Assembly: GCF_001194135.2 (NCBI RefSeq)
Contig: NC_068986.1
Coordinates: forward strand, 85,432,491 to 85,483,578
Reading direction: 5' to 3'
Source of the DNA: Octopus bimaculoides
Lineage: Eukaryota
DNA: 51,088 nucleotides
Each line of letters opens with the position of its first letter. Positions within the stretch are counted from its first letter, which is position 1. The notes under the pieces were generated by a model. The model was not told the origin of the DNA, did no database searches, and saw only the letters and a program-made list of their open reading frames with translations. A program made the position numbers and the translations under genes. Shown here piece by piece: positions 24,912 through 37,730 of the stretch.

Positions 24912-25049
24912 GTTTCTGCCCGGCGTGCTAACGTTTCTGCCCGGCGTACTAACGTTTCTGCCCGGCGTGCTAACGTTTCTGCCCGGCGTACTAACGTTTC
25001 TGCCCGGCGTACTAACGTTTCTGCCCGGCGTGCTAACGTTTCTGCCAGC
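24912..25049. repeat. 21-bp tandem minisatellite GTTTCTGCCCGGCGT(G/A)CTAAC: six full units plus a partial one, continuing into the gap 24033-24911
   Basis: Directly visible. The unit is the reverse complement of the family-B SINE head (GGCAGAAACGTTAGCACG..GGC). Confidence 0.95.
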
Positions 25050-25802
25050 ACGCAATTCTCAATTTCGTTAATACAGGAGACTGCAAAGACTGGCCGTATG
25101 TAGGCTTTACTCTTCCAATGACGAGAGTACTATAACCATCAGTAGTAGCTTTAGTTATGAACCTGGCTGGTTAGTAGACAGCTACGTTTAAATACCATTT
25201 CTAAGCCTCGGTTGTCCTCACTTTCAACAAATTTCTGATCCATCAATGACAGGCGCCTGGATTTAATAGCAATAAGTTTGCATTGTAGTGAAAGCGACCG
25301 GAATAGTGTAGGAGTGTCAACGTGAGTCGCTGCCAAGCCACAAAGTGAAAATAGAAGTCTGGGACCTCCAAGAGCTATGTTTTCAAAAAGTTGTGCCCAA
25401 TTAAGACATCTGAGCAAAGCTCAGGTAAAAGTGCAAGTTTCACACTGGGGTAAACGTTGTCATGATAGAGCAATTTGGCAAAACAGTGACCTCATGCCAA
25501 AGCCTCGTTTTCAGCTGGCTGTAGTAATATTAACAGCAGTGAATATAAAATGCATAATTATAGTAATAATATCAGTAATCATTACCACATTATTATTTCG
25601 AAATTTGAGGAACTGCACAATTTGCGAGAAAGTGATAGAGCATATTCAACTGAATTCAGGACTTGAGTAACACTTAAGTTTTGACATTATATAAAAGCTG
25701 AGACTGGACACCATATGAACTTACACCATTAATAAAAATACTGCAACGTTACTTATTCGCAGCTCTACCGACTCAATCCATCACTCGCGACTTTAACCAT
25801 CA

Positions 25803-26024
25803 TAATAATAATCCTTTCTACTAAAGACAGAAGGCCTGAAATTTAGGTGGAGTCTACTAGACGTATACATCAACCCGTGTTTCACTGGTGCTTAATTTAT
25901 TGGCCCCGAAAGGATGAAATGCAAAATCAGCATCGGCAGAATTTGAACTCAAAACGTAAAGACGAACAAAAGGCTACTAAGGATTTTCCCCCAGCGTGTA
26001 GACAATTCTGTCAGCTCTCCGCCT
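25803..26024 (-). mobile_element. Family-B SINE, diverged
   Basis: The reverse complement contains GGCGGAGAGCTGACAGAATTG..., TTGAGTTCAAATTCTGCCG and CATCCTTTCGGGG. Confidence 0.75.
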
Positions 26025-26315
26025 TCATCAGAACAATGACAATAGGGAATGTTACCAAGCAATATGCAAGGACATCAATTCTATTTTCAAAGACCACTTT
26101 CATAGTCTTTACTATTTATTCTTTCAGGTTCGTTAAACGTCATGAAGACTATGAAGATATATGTTTCCTACCAAACCAATTAGTGAGCTTATTTATAAAA
26201 TAAACAAATAAACAAATAAATAACTAAATAAAATAGTGACTCGATCATTACAGATATATTGGTGGTCATAAGTCTGATTGATTGGCATTGCTGGGATGGT
26301 GATGTTCTGACCTCC

Positions 26316-26316
<1 letters not shown>

Positions 26317-26346
<30 letters not shown>

Positions 26347-27117
26347 CTTCTTCTTCTTCTTCTTCTTCTTCTTCCTCCTCTTCCTCCTCTTCTTCTTCTT
26401 CTTCTTCTTCTTCTTCCTCCTCCTCCTCTCCTTCCTCTTCTTCTTCTTCTTCTTCTTCTTCTTCTTCTTCCTCCTCCTCCTNNNNNNNNNNNNNNNNNNN
26501 NNNNNNNNNNNNNNNNNNNNNNNNNNNNNNNNNNNNNNNNNNNNNNNNNNNNNNNNNNNNNNNNNNNNNNNNNNNNNNNNNNNNNNNNNNNNNNNNNNNN
26601 NNNNNNNNNNNNNNNNNNNNNNNNNNNNNNNNNNNNNNNNNNNNNNNNNNNNNNNNNNNNNNNNNNNNNNNNNNNNNNNNNNNNNNNNNNNNNNNNNNNN
26701 NNNNNNNNNNNNNNNNNNNNNNNNNNNNNNNNNNNNNNNNNNNNNNNNNNNNNNNNNNNNNNNNNNNNNNNNNNNNNNNNNNNNNNNNNNNNNNNNNNNN
26801 NNNNNCCTCCTCCTCATTTCATTAAGCTGCTTGTCATTAAGCTGTTTTAGCAAGAACACTTTTTTTCGTAACACCAAAAACGTGCGTCTACAAAAAATAC
26901 GAGCATGTCAACGCTACTACCACCTCCATTATCACTAACACCAGCATCACCAGCATCAACACCACCACCACCACCACCACCACAACCACCACAACCACCA
27001 CCACCAGAATCTTCATCAGTAGTAACAATAAAAATAGCAAGAGCTTACTCCACTGCTTCCAATACCACAGCCACCACTAATATTACTAGAACTACCATAA
27101 CAAAAGCAACAACAACA

Positions 27118-27170
<53 letters not shown>

Positions 27171-27171
27171 C

Positions 27172-27220
<49 letters not shown>

Positions 27221-27310
27221 GTAAGAAGAAGAAGAAGGAGAAGAAGAAGAAGAAGAAGAAGGAGAAGAAGAAGAAGAAGAAGAAGAAGAAGAAGAAGAAG
27301 AAGAAGAAGA
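26317..27310. repeat. (CTT/CCT)n with gap 26482-26805, then (CCA), (ACT), (AAT), (AAG) trinucleotide runs
   Basis: Directly visible. Confidence 0.95.
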
Positions 27311-27639
27311 ATATAACAGCAGCAACAATAATATCAAGAATAAAATCACCAATGAGACATTTAACGGAATAGTTGTGTGTATTTAATGAAAACCACATGT
27401 TCAACATATCAGGACCTTCTCAGTTTTTCATTTTTCTTTTTCAACCTTCGCTGTTTTCTTTTAGTTTCACATATGGCCTCGACATACAGAATACACTTCG
27501 CGTACACATAAGCGCACACAGCTAACATCGACAACATAAGCACACACATTTAAGACACGTGTGCCTACATACCGAATCCAAAAGTAAGCAGAGCAGATAT
27601 ATAATATTCTATATACATAATCACACGTTGAGACGCATA

Positions 27640-27727
27640 CACACTCACAAACACGGACACACGCACGCACACACGCACACATATACACGCACCAATCTCT
27701 ATCTATATGTGTGTGTGTATCTATATG

Positions 27728-27785
<58 letters not shown>

Positions 27786-27996
27786 CATATATATATGTAT
27801 ATACACACACATAAACATACATGCACATATACATATATAGATAAAAACACACAAGAACACTCACATAGATTACATATACATGTATATGTTTGTCTATATC
27901 CATGTATATATGCATACATAGATACACACACACATATATACATGCATATGCGTACATACACACACGTAGATAGATAGATAGATAGGGGAGAGTGAG

Positions 27997-28034
<38 letters not shown>

Positions 28035-28150
28035 GCATACATACATACATACATACATACATACATACATACATGCATACATACATACATACATACATAC
28101 AGTCGTACATAAATACAAGCATTCATACATACATACATACGTACATACAT
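27640..28150. repeat. Compound (CA)/(TA)/(GA)/(CATA) microsatellite region
   Basis: Directly visible. Confidence 0.9.
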
Positions 28151-28676
28151 TCATAAACATGCCACTGATCCGCATCAACATCAGAAATCCATAACGCTAT
28201 GTTAGACAAATATTGATATAAACTTTTGCTACGCCTCCATCGCTCACTGAAACAACATGGCTACCGAAGAAGTCAGTCATTTAAACTCAACTGTTTACTG
28301 AATACCAACCACACACGATTTAATAAGCCCATATTTTGTGTCTTCCGCGTTCATTTGTAAGTCGTTATTTAGCCCCAGGGGTGAGCAGTAAAGCAAGCAA
28401 TTTTACAAAAACGAGAAAAGGAATATAGGAGGAAGGGAGGATCAAAAAAATTATCAAAACAAATACATAATATAATAATGTTAAAAACATGAAAAATCTG
28501 TCAGATGCCTCGTTGGCTTTACTGACGCAAACACGATTGATATACATATACAAATGTGTATATATANNNNNNNNNNNNNNNNNNNNNNNNNNNNNNNNNN
28601 NNNNNNNNNNNNNNNNNNNNNNNNNNNNNNNNNNNNNNNNNNNNNNNNNNNNNNNNNNNNNNNNNNNNNNNNNNNN

Positions 28677-28707
<31 letters not shown>

Positions 28708-28895
28708 ATATATACAGGCACAAACACACATTCAGACATGTACACGTACGCATGTAACAATCTCCGAGGGCACACACATACATATATTTATATTCATTTG
28801 TGCATGCGCACATTGATGCTTGCGTACACATGTATGCGATTAAAAGGCAATAGGATATAAAGTATTATAAAAGTAATAGGAATATTATGAAAAAC

Positions 28896-28942
<47 letters not shown>

Positions 28943-29510
28943 ATGTGTGTGTGTATGTATGTATGTATGTATGTATGTGTGTGTTGGCTATGTCAATGTA
29001 TACAAACATAATACATACATACATGCATACATATATACATACATAGATACGCACATACAGTCAGACAGACAGATATAAATACGCAATTATGTAGCTACCT
29101 AGATACAGACATCCGTGTGTGTGTTTGTGTGTGCATATGTGTGTGTTTGTCTGTGTATATGTGTGTATTTGTGTGTGTGATATGAATTTCAGTGGGGTTT
29201 TTAAAAGAGGCAAGGACAAAATAGTAGTTAAAATACTAACTGTAAAATAAAGAAAAAATAAAATAATAGTGAAGCAATTGAAAGAGAATGACGAGGTGTT
29301 GAATTTGGCAGAGATATTCATTGATAAAGTTGTCTGATACGGAGAGCGGAGGAAAATCAAACTAGAAATAGCATAAATACATATAGAAACAAAGACAACA
29401 CCAATAATTAAATGTTATAGGAATAAAGAAAACTTAAAAGAATTTGAAAATAATATTTGAGGAAAAAATATAAATGAAAATATTTTTTTATGTAAATAAA
29501 ACAACAAAAA

Positions 29511-29722
29511 TAATAATCAAGTTTTGGCACAAAGCCAGCAATTATTGAAGAGGTGGGTAAATCGATTACATGTCTCAGTGCTTAAGTAGTACTTATATTA
29601 TCGACCCCGAAAAGATGAGAGGCGAAGTCGACCATTTCGGAATTTGAACCCAAACGTAGTTACGTAAGATGAACCGGTAGGCAGTTTGTCCGTCGATTTT
29701 AATGACTCCGCCAGCTTGCCGC
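29511..29722 (-). mobile_element. Family-B SINE
   Basis: The reverse complement has GGTTCAAATTCCGAAATGGTCGACTTCGCCTCTCATCTTTTCGGGGTCGATAA and the TGGCTTTGTGCC tail. Confidence 0.75.
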
Positions 29723-29762
29723 TTTGATAACAGCTGATGATAATTCGTTCTGGTTTAGACAC

Positions 29763-30125
29763 AAGGTCAGGCTTGTGTAGGATGGAAGATTGCAAAGATA
29801 AAGCACTGTATAAGCACTTGAGAATGAATGAAACTGAAAATAGGTGGATTAAGAAAAGTATTCGTAGACAATTTCATAGGGATGATGAAGATAAGACAGA
29901 CAGAAAAAAAAAATAGATATGGATGACTAAAAGTTATTTAAAATCGGAAACGGAGGCTCTAATTTGTGCTGCCCAAGAGCAAGGATTAAGAACCAATTAC
30001 ATCAAATACAGAATAGACAATACATCAGAAAGTGGTAAGTGCAGAATTTGTGGACAAAATGGTGAAACCGTATGGCATATTACCAGTCAATGCACACCAT
30101 TAGCCCAGAAAGAATATAAGAGACG
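29763..30125 (+). mobile_element. Internal fragment of an R4/Dong-type LINE
   Basis: KSETEALICAAQEQGLRTNYIKYRIDNTSESGKCRICGQNGETVWHITSQCTPLAQKEYKRR; a diverged duplicate of 31087-31448. Confidence 0.85.
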
Positions 30126-30324
30126 TCTGTGAAAATGTTACCCTCCTTTTCTTTTCTTTTCTCTCTCCCTGAGTATTCGAAAATGTTAGCATCCTTTTCA
30201 TTGCAAAAACACTACTGTATTCTCCAACTGGACAGACAAAAGAACATGTCAAGAAAACTTAAAAACTTTAATATGCTAAATTTTGTGTGAAATCTTTCTT
30301 TTTCTTTTCTTCCTGACTACCTAA

Positions 30325-32016
30325 ATATGTAGAAATTAGGAGGGGCATCTTCCAAGGGGACTGCCTGTCCCCACTGTTATTTGTGCTGTGCTTGACACCA
30401 CTAACACTGATTCTGAGGAAAGCAAAAGCTGTATATGTATTCAAATGCCGCCGACAACAAGTCAACCATTTGTTATTGATGGATGACCTCAAACCTTATG
30501 GTAAAGATGAATCCCAAGCCAGTTCCCTCGTGGATACGGTGTATACTTTCAGTGATGATATCAGAATGGAGTTCTGACTGAGAAAGTTTGATGTGTTAGA
30601 CTTGAAGAGAGGCAAACTCAAATGTATGGACGGGCTAACGATGCGGTCGCGGGAGGTTACGAAGCAGATAGAAGAGACAGGTTACAAGTACTTGGGGATT
30701 TTGGAATTGGATAAATTGATGGAGAAAGAAATGACAGAAAAATTTAACGTGAAGTACTTGCACAGACTGAGACTGATCCTTAATTCGAAATTAAACAGAC
30801 GGAATAAGATTGAAGCTATCAACACCTGCGCGGTTTCACTCCTTAGATATGGAGTAAAGGTAATCGCATGGACAGTAGACGAACTAAAAGGCTTAGACAG
30901 AAAGACAAAGAAGTTGCTAAATAGATATGGAACACTCCACCCAAAAAGTGACACAGACGGACTGAATATATCAAGAAAAAGATAGGGAAGAGGACTTATT
31001 GGATACGAAAACAGCATTACATCAGAAGAAGACAACATAGCACGGTATGTGAAAAATGCCACAAAACCGCTATTATTAGAAGTAAGAAGGTCAGGCTTGT
31101 GTACGATGAAAAATGGCAAAAATAAATCACTGTACAAGCAATTGAAAACTAATGAAACTGAAAATAGTTGGTTAAAGAAAAGAATACATGGACAATTCCA
31201 TAGAAATGTTGAAGATAAGACAGACAGAAAAAAAGATGGCTGTGGATGACTAAAAGTGATTTAAAACCGGAAACGGAGGCTCTAACCTGTGCTGTCCAAG
31301 AGCAAGCACTATGAACAAATTACATAAAATACAGAATAAACAACACATCAGAGATTGATAAGTGCAGAATTTGTGGACAAAATGGTGAAACAATATGGCA
31401 TATTACTAGTCAATGTACGCCACTAGCCCAGAAGGAATATAAGAGACGCCACGACAATATAGCAAGGCTTGTCCATTGGACAATTTGCAACAAGTATGAA
31501 CTTGACAGAGCAAAAACTTGGTACGACCATAAACCGGAACGCACCATCGAAAATGATAATGCAAAGATCCTATGGGATTTTATGATTCAGTGCGACCATT
31601 CTCTTTGTGATTGGGAATAGGAAGCCAGACATAGTGTTAACTGAGAAAGGAAGCAAACGATACTTGATCATAGATATAGCATGCCCAGCTGACAACAAGG
31701 TATGCGATAAAGTAGAAAGAAAAGTCGATGTATTTGACAGGTTAGCTTGAGAACTTAATCAGTTTTGGTCGTTGAAAAATGTGGTAGTAGTATCAATAAT
31801 TGTCGAAGCCCTGCGAATAGTGAGTAAAATTCTTGAGAAGTACATGGAACAAATAGGGGCTGAAATAACGGTGGAGCACTTGCATCAAACATCACTTCTT
31901 GAAACTGCTCGAATACTCCGAAGGTGCTCGAAAAATAATGGGTGTTACCTTAGTGCACTGGTAGTGAACAGCTGACACCGTAATACATCTCCAGTGTTAG
32001 AAGCTGTGCAAAGGCA
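30325..32016 (+). mobile_element. 5'-truncated R4/Dong-type LINE: RT + CCHC knuckle + REL endonuclease, pseudogenised
   Basis: RT motifs RRGIFQGDCLSPLLF, NHLLLMDDLK, YKYLGI; knuckle CRICGQNGETIWHITSQC; REL motifs RHDNIA, KPDIV, IIDIAMPAD. The 3' end runs into TAATGATGATG repeats. Confidence 0.92.
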
Positions 32017-32029
32017 ATAATGATGATGA

Positions 32030-32063
<34 letters not shown>

Positions 32064-32870
32064 TGTTGTGGTGGTGGTGGTGGTGATAATGGTGATGAGG
32101 ATGATGATGGTGATGTTGATAATAATATCATAGCTCCGGACTAATAACAACATGTACTTACACAATGAAGCTCTCTCCACAAAAGAAACTTAATCCGAAA
32201 ACAACGGTGCAATGGAAAGAAAATTTCTCAATGCAACTATTGGAAAGGTTTTGTTAAAGCAAAGGAAAGCAAAAATCGTTAAGTGCGCGATATCTCAATG
32301 CGACATACGCGAGAAGTTGAAACCTGTACCAGGAACCTTGGAAAAACACTAATGTCGCAGTATGTACAGAAACTGAATAATTACCTATACATGCAACTGT
32401 CCATGCATCCATGTGAACATGCTGATATTTATAAGCAACATAAATAATACCTACATGACACACACGTACACACACAGAAAATAAAAGAAAAACACGTGTC
32501 AAGAACGACGCCGTACCAAATAAAAACTACGCGACTCCCTAATAGCGAATAAAAAAATGAGCAAACTAGTTACTCAATTTAAAACATAGCCAAACAGTTA
32601 TGCCTGAAAACAGCTACAAAAACAAAATAGAGGTGGTTTTCGATCTAACAGCCTACGACATGATAACTATATCCAAGGAAGCGGTGTTATGTCAAAAAGT
32701 CAACTCTGAACGAACAGACCCATCTTCTATTGTCACCGTCAATACTTTAATGGGAAGCTAAATCTCATGCCGAATCTGCCATCGCCCGGGAAAACAAGGA
32801 CCGCGTTACCCATTGCGGTAACCAGACTGGGATACTTCAACGCTTCCTCAAGGCCATAGTTATGTGTGTG

Positions 32871-32972
<102 letters not shown>

Positions 32973-33234
32973 TACATACGTACATACATACATTGACAGA
33001 CACACACTCATACGCACACCTTTGTTAAGTAACGATCAACAAGAGGAGTACTAAATAAAGTTGTTCAAGAAGCATAGTAAGTTGTGCGTTTGCACGCCAT
33101 GTGGCCACTTGTTCATGGAAGTTCAAACTGGCTAAATTCGAATTTGTTGAAGAAACGTGAAATCAACAAAGTAACATATTAGACGTTAGATCAGCCTAAA
33201 TAGAAAATGTCCATATGTATTCTTTTTTTTATCT

Positions 33235-33641
33235 CTTTCAGTCATTAGACTGAAACCATGCTGGAGCAACGCCTTGAAGAATTTTTAGTCGAATGAATCG
33301 GTCCCAGTACTTATTTCTTAAAGCGCGGTAATATTCTATCGGCCTGTTTTGCCGAACCGCTTTGTCACGGGGACGTAAACAAACTAACATCGGTTGTCAA
33401 CATCGGTGGGGGACAAACAGACACAAAGCCAAACAGATAGACAGACAGACAGACACATAACACACACACATGGACACATAAATACACGGTGAGCTTCTTT
33501 CAGTTTCCGTCTAACAAATCCACTCACGAGGTTTTGGTCGGCTCGTGGCTATAGTAGAAGACACTTGCCCAAGGTACCATGCAGTGGGACTGAACCCGGA
33601 ACCACGAAGTTGGGAAGCAAGCTTCTTACCACTCAGCCACG
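33235..33641 (-). mobile_element. Full-length family-A SINE, with an opposite-strand tail fragment at about 33655-33730
   Basis: Same head (GTGGCTGAGTGGTAAG ... GGTTCAGTCCC ... CCTTGGGCAAGTGTC) and tail as the copy at 10054. Confidence 0.88.
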
Positions 33642-33746
33642 AAGTGTAAAACATAAGCACTAGGGTTGATTCATTCGACTCAAATTCTTCAACGGGGGTA
33701 CTACAGCATGACCGCAGTCTGATGACTATAATAAGTGAAAAACAAC

Positions 33747-33794
<48 letters not shown>

Positions 33795-33866
33795 CACACG
33801 CATAAATACATACACTTACATACGTACACTCACATGCATGCATACATACATACATACATACATACA

Positions 33867-33897
<31 letters not shown>

Positions 33898-34029
33898 TTA
33901 GGGAGAGTAGAAAGAAAACACGTTGAAGGTAGTATTGCTTACGGTGTAAAGCAGGTTGAATATAAAAATAACTTAATTTGCATGAGACAAAGAGAGAATG
34001 TCAATGAACTATCGTAACAACAACAACAA

Positions 34030-34060
<31 letters not shown>

Positions 34061-34867
34061 AACCTCGATAGCAGTAGCAACAACAGCAGCTACGACAACA
34101 ATACAAGCACCAAAAACATTATTGATTTTTTTTTTTTTAGAGGAGTAAACAGAAAGAGAAAAAAATTATTACTATATTAAATAATCGTCATGTGACATGG
34201 CGGTGAGCTGTATTTGACGTGTAAAATGGGTAGGACAAGAAAGGGAGACTTGAAAACATCTTTGAGAAAGATACAAAAATTATCATAGAGGAAATAATGG
34301 AAATGTTAAGTGTGAACTTCAGGGCTAATTTAGACATTGGTTTTTACAACTTGTTGCAATCCACTTTATGGTGGGCGTGATTGCAGTAGAGATATGAAGA
34401 AGCGTACCGTTACGGTGAATTACACTGTTGACGAATTGTTGATCAATAGAAGAAAAACACCAGTTATGTGAAGAAGGAAAATAAGACCAACAACAATTAT
34501 AATTATGAATTCTTTATTTACCTCAAAATGTCAGAAATACAATATCACTGATATACACACCAAATGCAACTATTTTGCTATGTGCGCACGCGTACAGGCA
34601 CGCACGTAAACGTAAACACGCACGCACACGCAAGCACAGAAACACACATACATATACGCATACAGACGTAAATCATAGGGCGAAAAAATTCTGAAACAGA
34701 TATGCACAAACACATGTAAGTCCTTACACCGAGGTACACACACACATATACACAGACAAACACGCGCGAACACACACACATCCATCCATCCATCCATCCA
34801 TACATCCATCCATACATACATACATAGGCACGGGCAGAAGAACGCACATAATGGATTCTAGATGAAA

Positions 34868-35057
34868 CACACCGCCATCAGTTCCGGGAAAAAGAATGAG
34901 TCGATTACACTGAACCTAGCATTTGACAGGTACTTTATTTTATCGACCCTATAAAAATGAAAGGCATTCAATATGTAAGAATTCAATATGTAAAAATGCG
35001 GAACAATCACCGCAAGATATTTTGTCCGACGCTCTAATGATTCTCCTAATCCACCAC
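34868..35057 (-). mobile_element. Diverged family-B SINE with a central deletion and a 15-bp internal duplication
   Basis: Contains GGTACTTTATTTTATCGACCC..AAATGAAAGGCA and GAGTCGATTACA; ATTCAATATGTAA occurs twice. Confidence 0.6.
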
Positions 35058-35470
35058 CCTGTGCATACGTACATAATGCGAACACATGAGCATATATGTA
35101 CGTATACATCTATATACACACACAGACGTATACACTCGCAGACACGCACATAAATATCTGTGATATTTGATTTATAAATATATTTTCTAGTGTGTGTATG
35201 TCTATGACTACATTGCTACACAAAATGTAGAAACAGGGGCTGAGAGTTACTATATGATTTCGAATCGGCGGAATCCTTTTTAACATGGATAACCTGATGG
35301 TCAGCACTAAATCCGGATATGAAGAGATCATTGAAAAGCCTTAATTCACAATCCTGAAGCCCTATAAGCAGCCATCTAAGTAGCCGTTGTAATTTTTAAA
35401 AAAATGGACCCAACACGCCAGAGAATCGATGTCATCTGCCACATTCACTCATCAATATTTTCACGGTACA

Positions 35471-35690
35471 AGGCGGCGAGCTGGCAGAAACGTTAGCACG
35501 TCAGGCGAAATGCTTAGCTGTATTTCGTCCGTCCTTATGTTCTGAGTTCAAATTCCGCCGAGGTCGACTTTGCCTTTCTTCCTTTCGGGGTCGATAAATA
35601 AATACCAGTTGCGTACTGGAGTCGATCTAATCGACTGGCCTCTCCCTCCCCCACAAAAAAAAAAAACTTCGGGCCTAGAGAAGAAAAGGA
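35471..35690 (+). mobile_element. Best-preserved family-B tRNA-derived SINE
   Basis: Head GGCGGCGAGCTGGCAGAAACGTTAGCACG, B box GAGTTCAAATTCC, central GGTCGACTTTGCCTTTCTTCCTTTCGGGGTCGATAAA. The central part resembles the recalled Meta/MESC-type SINE domain (unverified). Confidence 0.9.
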
Positions 35691-35727
35691 TATCTTCACG
35701 GTGCAGCAAAAACTAATCACGCCTTCT

Positions 35728-36630
35728 CATTTCACTGATTTAGGCATCATAATTTCCAGCAGCTACATTCTAAACAAGACGATGAACCACCTCAGACAAA
35801 CATTTCAAAAGATCAAAGGGAGAGATTTATGAACGCTCGCTCTCTCCGCTTCCACACCATGGCTCTTGTCTTCTCAGGTAGCTGTTTCCATTCTGTGTGC
35901 GTACAAGATACACGCCACATTCGTCCAACACACTGTGGCCCGCCAGGTCTATGATTTCCATTAAATACAAAAGATCCTGATGATAGAGTATTAGAGGATC
36001 AATTTCCCACCATCGAATCATTACCAGTATCATTAAACCCTCATTATGCAGAATATCGTGCAGTGGCAATGGCCCAGTGGTTAGGGCAGCGGATTTGCGT
36101 TGTGTGTATTTATTGAGTGAAAACACCTTAAGCTCCACAAGGCTCCGGCAGGAGGTAGTGACGACCTTTCGCCCCAACTTTCTCTCACTCTTTCTTCCTG
36201 TTTCTTGAGTAACGCTGCGATGGACTGGCGTCCCGTCCAGTTGGAGGGGGGGGGGAATACGCCATAGAAACCGGGAAACCGGGCCCATGAGCCTTCCTAG
36301 GTTTTGAAAGGGCGCATAAATAAATAAAATGCAGAATATCACCAGAGATGGTTCGAACATGTAGTGCACATGTCTGACGCGCTTCTTTCTCTTAGGCTCC
36401 TCCAATGCCAGCTATATTGTGGTTGTTGCGTAGCTGGAGAACCACTATCATATGATCAACGACGACCAGTTTAATATTATTTTACAGAGGAATATCCTCA
36501 ACATTTCAAGAATGGAAAATATCATTACCAAATATTGCTTTAGAGAGGCATTGCAAATATATAAAAGAAATCCGCATAGAATTAATGCAAGTTCCATTCA
36601 CAAATGGAGATGTATACTGAGATGTGTAGT
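35728..36630 (+). mobile_element. Decayed RTE-clade LINE fragment interrupted by a SINE
   Basis: HFTDLGIIISS...QTFQKIKGR...FH*IQKILMI before the SINE and RWFEHVVHMSDALLSLRLL...G...GEP after it. These match the RTE FTYLGSIIS ... LRWxGHVxRMxDxRLP..LL..G.R..GRP consensus. Confidence 0.65.
36058..36328 (+). mobile_element. tRNA-derived SINE with a V-domain-like body and a 12-bp target-site duplication
   Basis: TSD ATGCAGAATATC at 36046-36057 and 36329-36340; A box TGGCCCAGTGG (36070-36080); CTGCGATGGACTGGCGTCCCGTCCAG (36215-36240) resembles the V-SINE domain; (ATAA)n tail; no B box. Confidence 0.8.
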
Positions 36631-37429
36631 CATCAATAAACCCACAATTGATGAAGATAATAATTTTAATTAGTTGTAAAGTCATGAACATTTATAGCTC
36701 TATATAGCATACGTAACATAGATTATTTATTCTAGTATATTCCATCTCAATATCATAATTTATTTTAAATTTCCAAAATATTTCGTTAATTATTTGATTC
36801 GGCATTTTCTACTCAATAGACTTTTGGGGGAAAAGGCAGCTTGCAGTTTGCACAATACTAGAAGGAGGGAACAATTGCCTTCTTTCTCGTTTTGAAATTT
36901 TTGCGGTGACGTTCTTTGCACTTGGTAATGCTTAGAGAATTCTTCCAGGCGGTTAAAGCAGTCCTTCTCACCTATTCAACTGTAGTACAACTGCTTTAGC
37001 TGGGTAGTGGGATGGAGAAATGAGAGGCACATGCATACGAAGATCGTAATGGTCAGACACCTGTGTTAGATGATAGGAAGTGAAATGCAGTTTCCGGTAA
37101 GGGTGATTACCAAGTAATCGATTAATGAGTAGATCTGAAGTCCCATAATGCTCGTGGACCAAAATTTGTAGTAATGTATAAAGACAGTCAAACGACTTCA
37201 GGAAAAAAATTAATTGATGCTAAAGAATAGATTTTATGGGAGGGCGATAACAACTATGTCGTGAAAATCAATGAGACATTCACGGATACAGTGAAGCAAT
37301 CTTATTAAATGGAGTAGTTAGGTCAGAACAGAAAGCTAGTTAGCATTTCCATCATCATTTAGGGGGAAAAGTACAGAAACGAAAGGATGGGTACATTGAA
37401 GACACCGATGATCGTGATTATATTGAGAA

Positions 37430-37730
37430 CCGTGGTGACATGCATGTATGGTGAAATCTGGTTGAATGAAAACTGACGTTGATTAGAAACAGTTCCAAGT
37501 GTATTCGAGACAATAGATGAGCATAACGGAATTGAGAAAAGATATATAGAAAAGATTTCTTTAAATTTTTCACGATAGCAGAAGCGTATGATACGTTTCA
37601 GCTATACGGTGGAATATAGTGAATAGCCTGAACAGAAGACATTAGTCAATAATCGAAAACGAGGAACTTCTATTGATGGTAGAGATGTGATTTGTGGTTC
37701 GCATGTTCGTGGTTGGTTTATGGAGAGATC
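37430..37730 (+). mobile_element. Possible very old RTE relic
   Basis: Only weak, frameshifted similarity to the MYGxETW and RWxGHVxRM motifs. Confidence 0.25.

Noticed and set aside
24912-25049. Regular 21-bp repeats as a CRISPR array or a (GRNVSTP)n protein
   Set aside because: There are no spacers and no cas genes, the context is eukaryotic, and the unit derives from a SINE head.
35827-36405. 192-aa minus-strand ORF that looks non-repetitive
   Set aside because: It is the antisense reading of an RTE relic plus an inserted SINE with a TSD.
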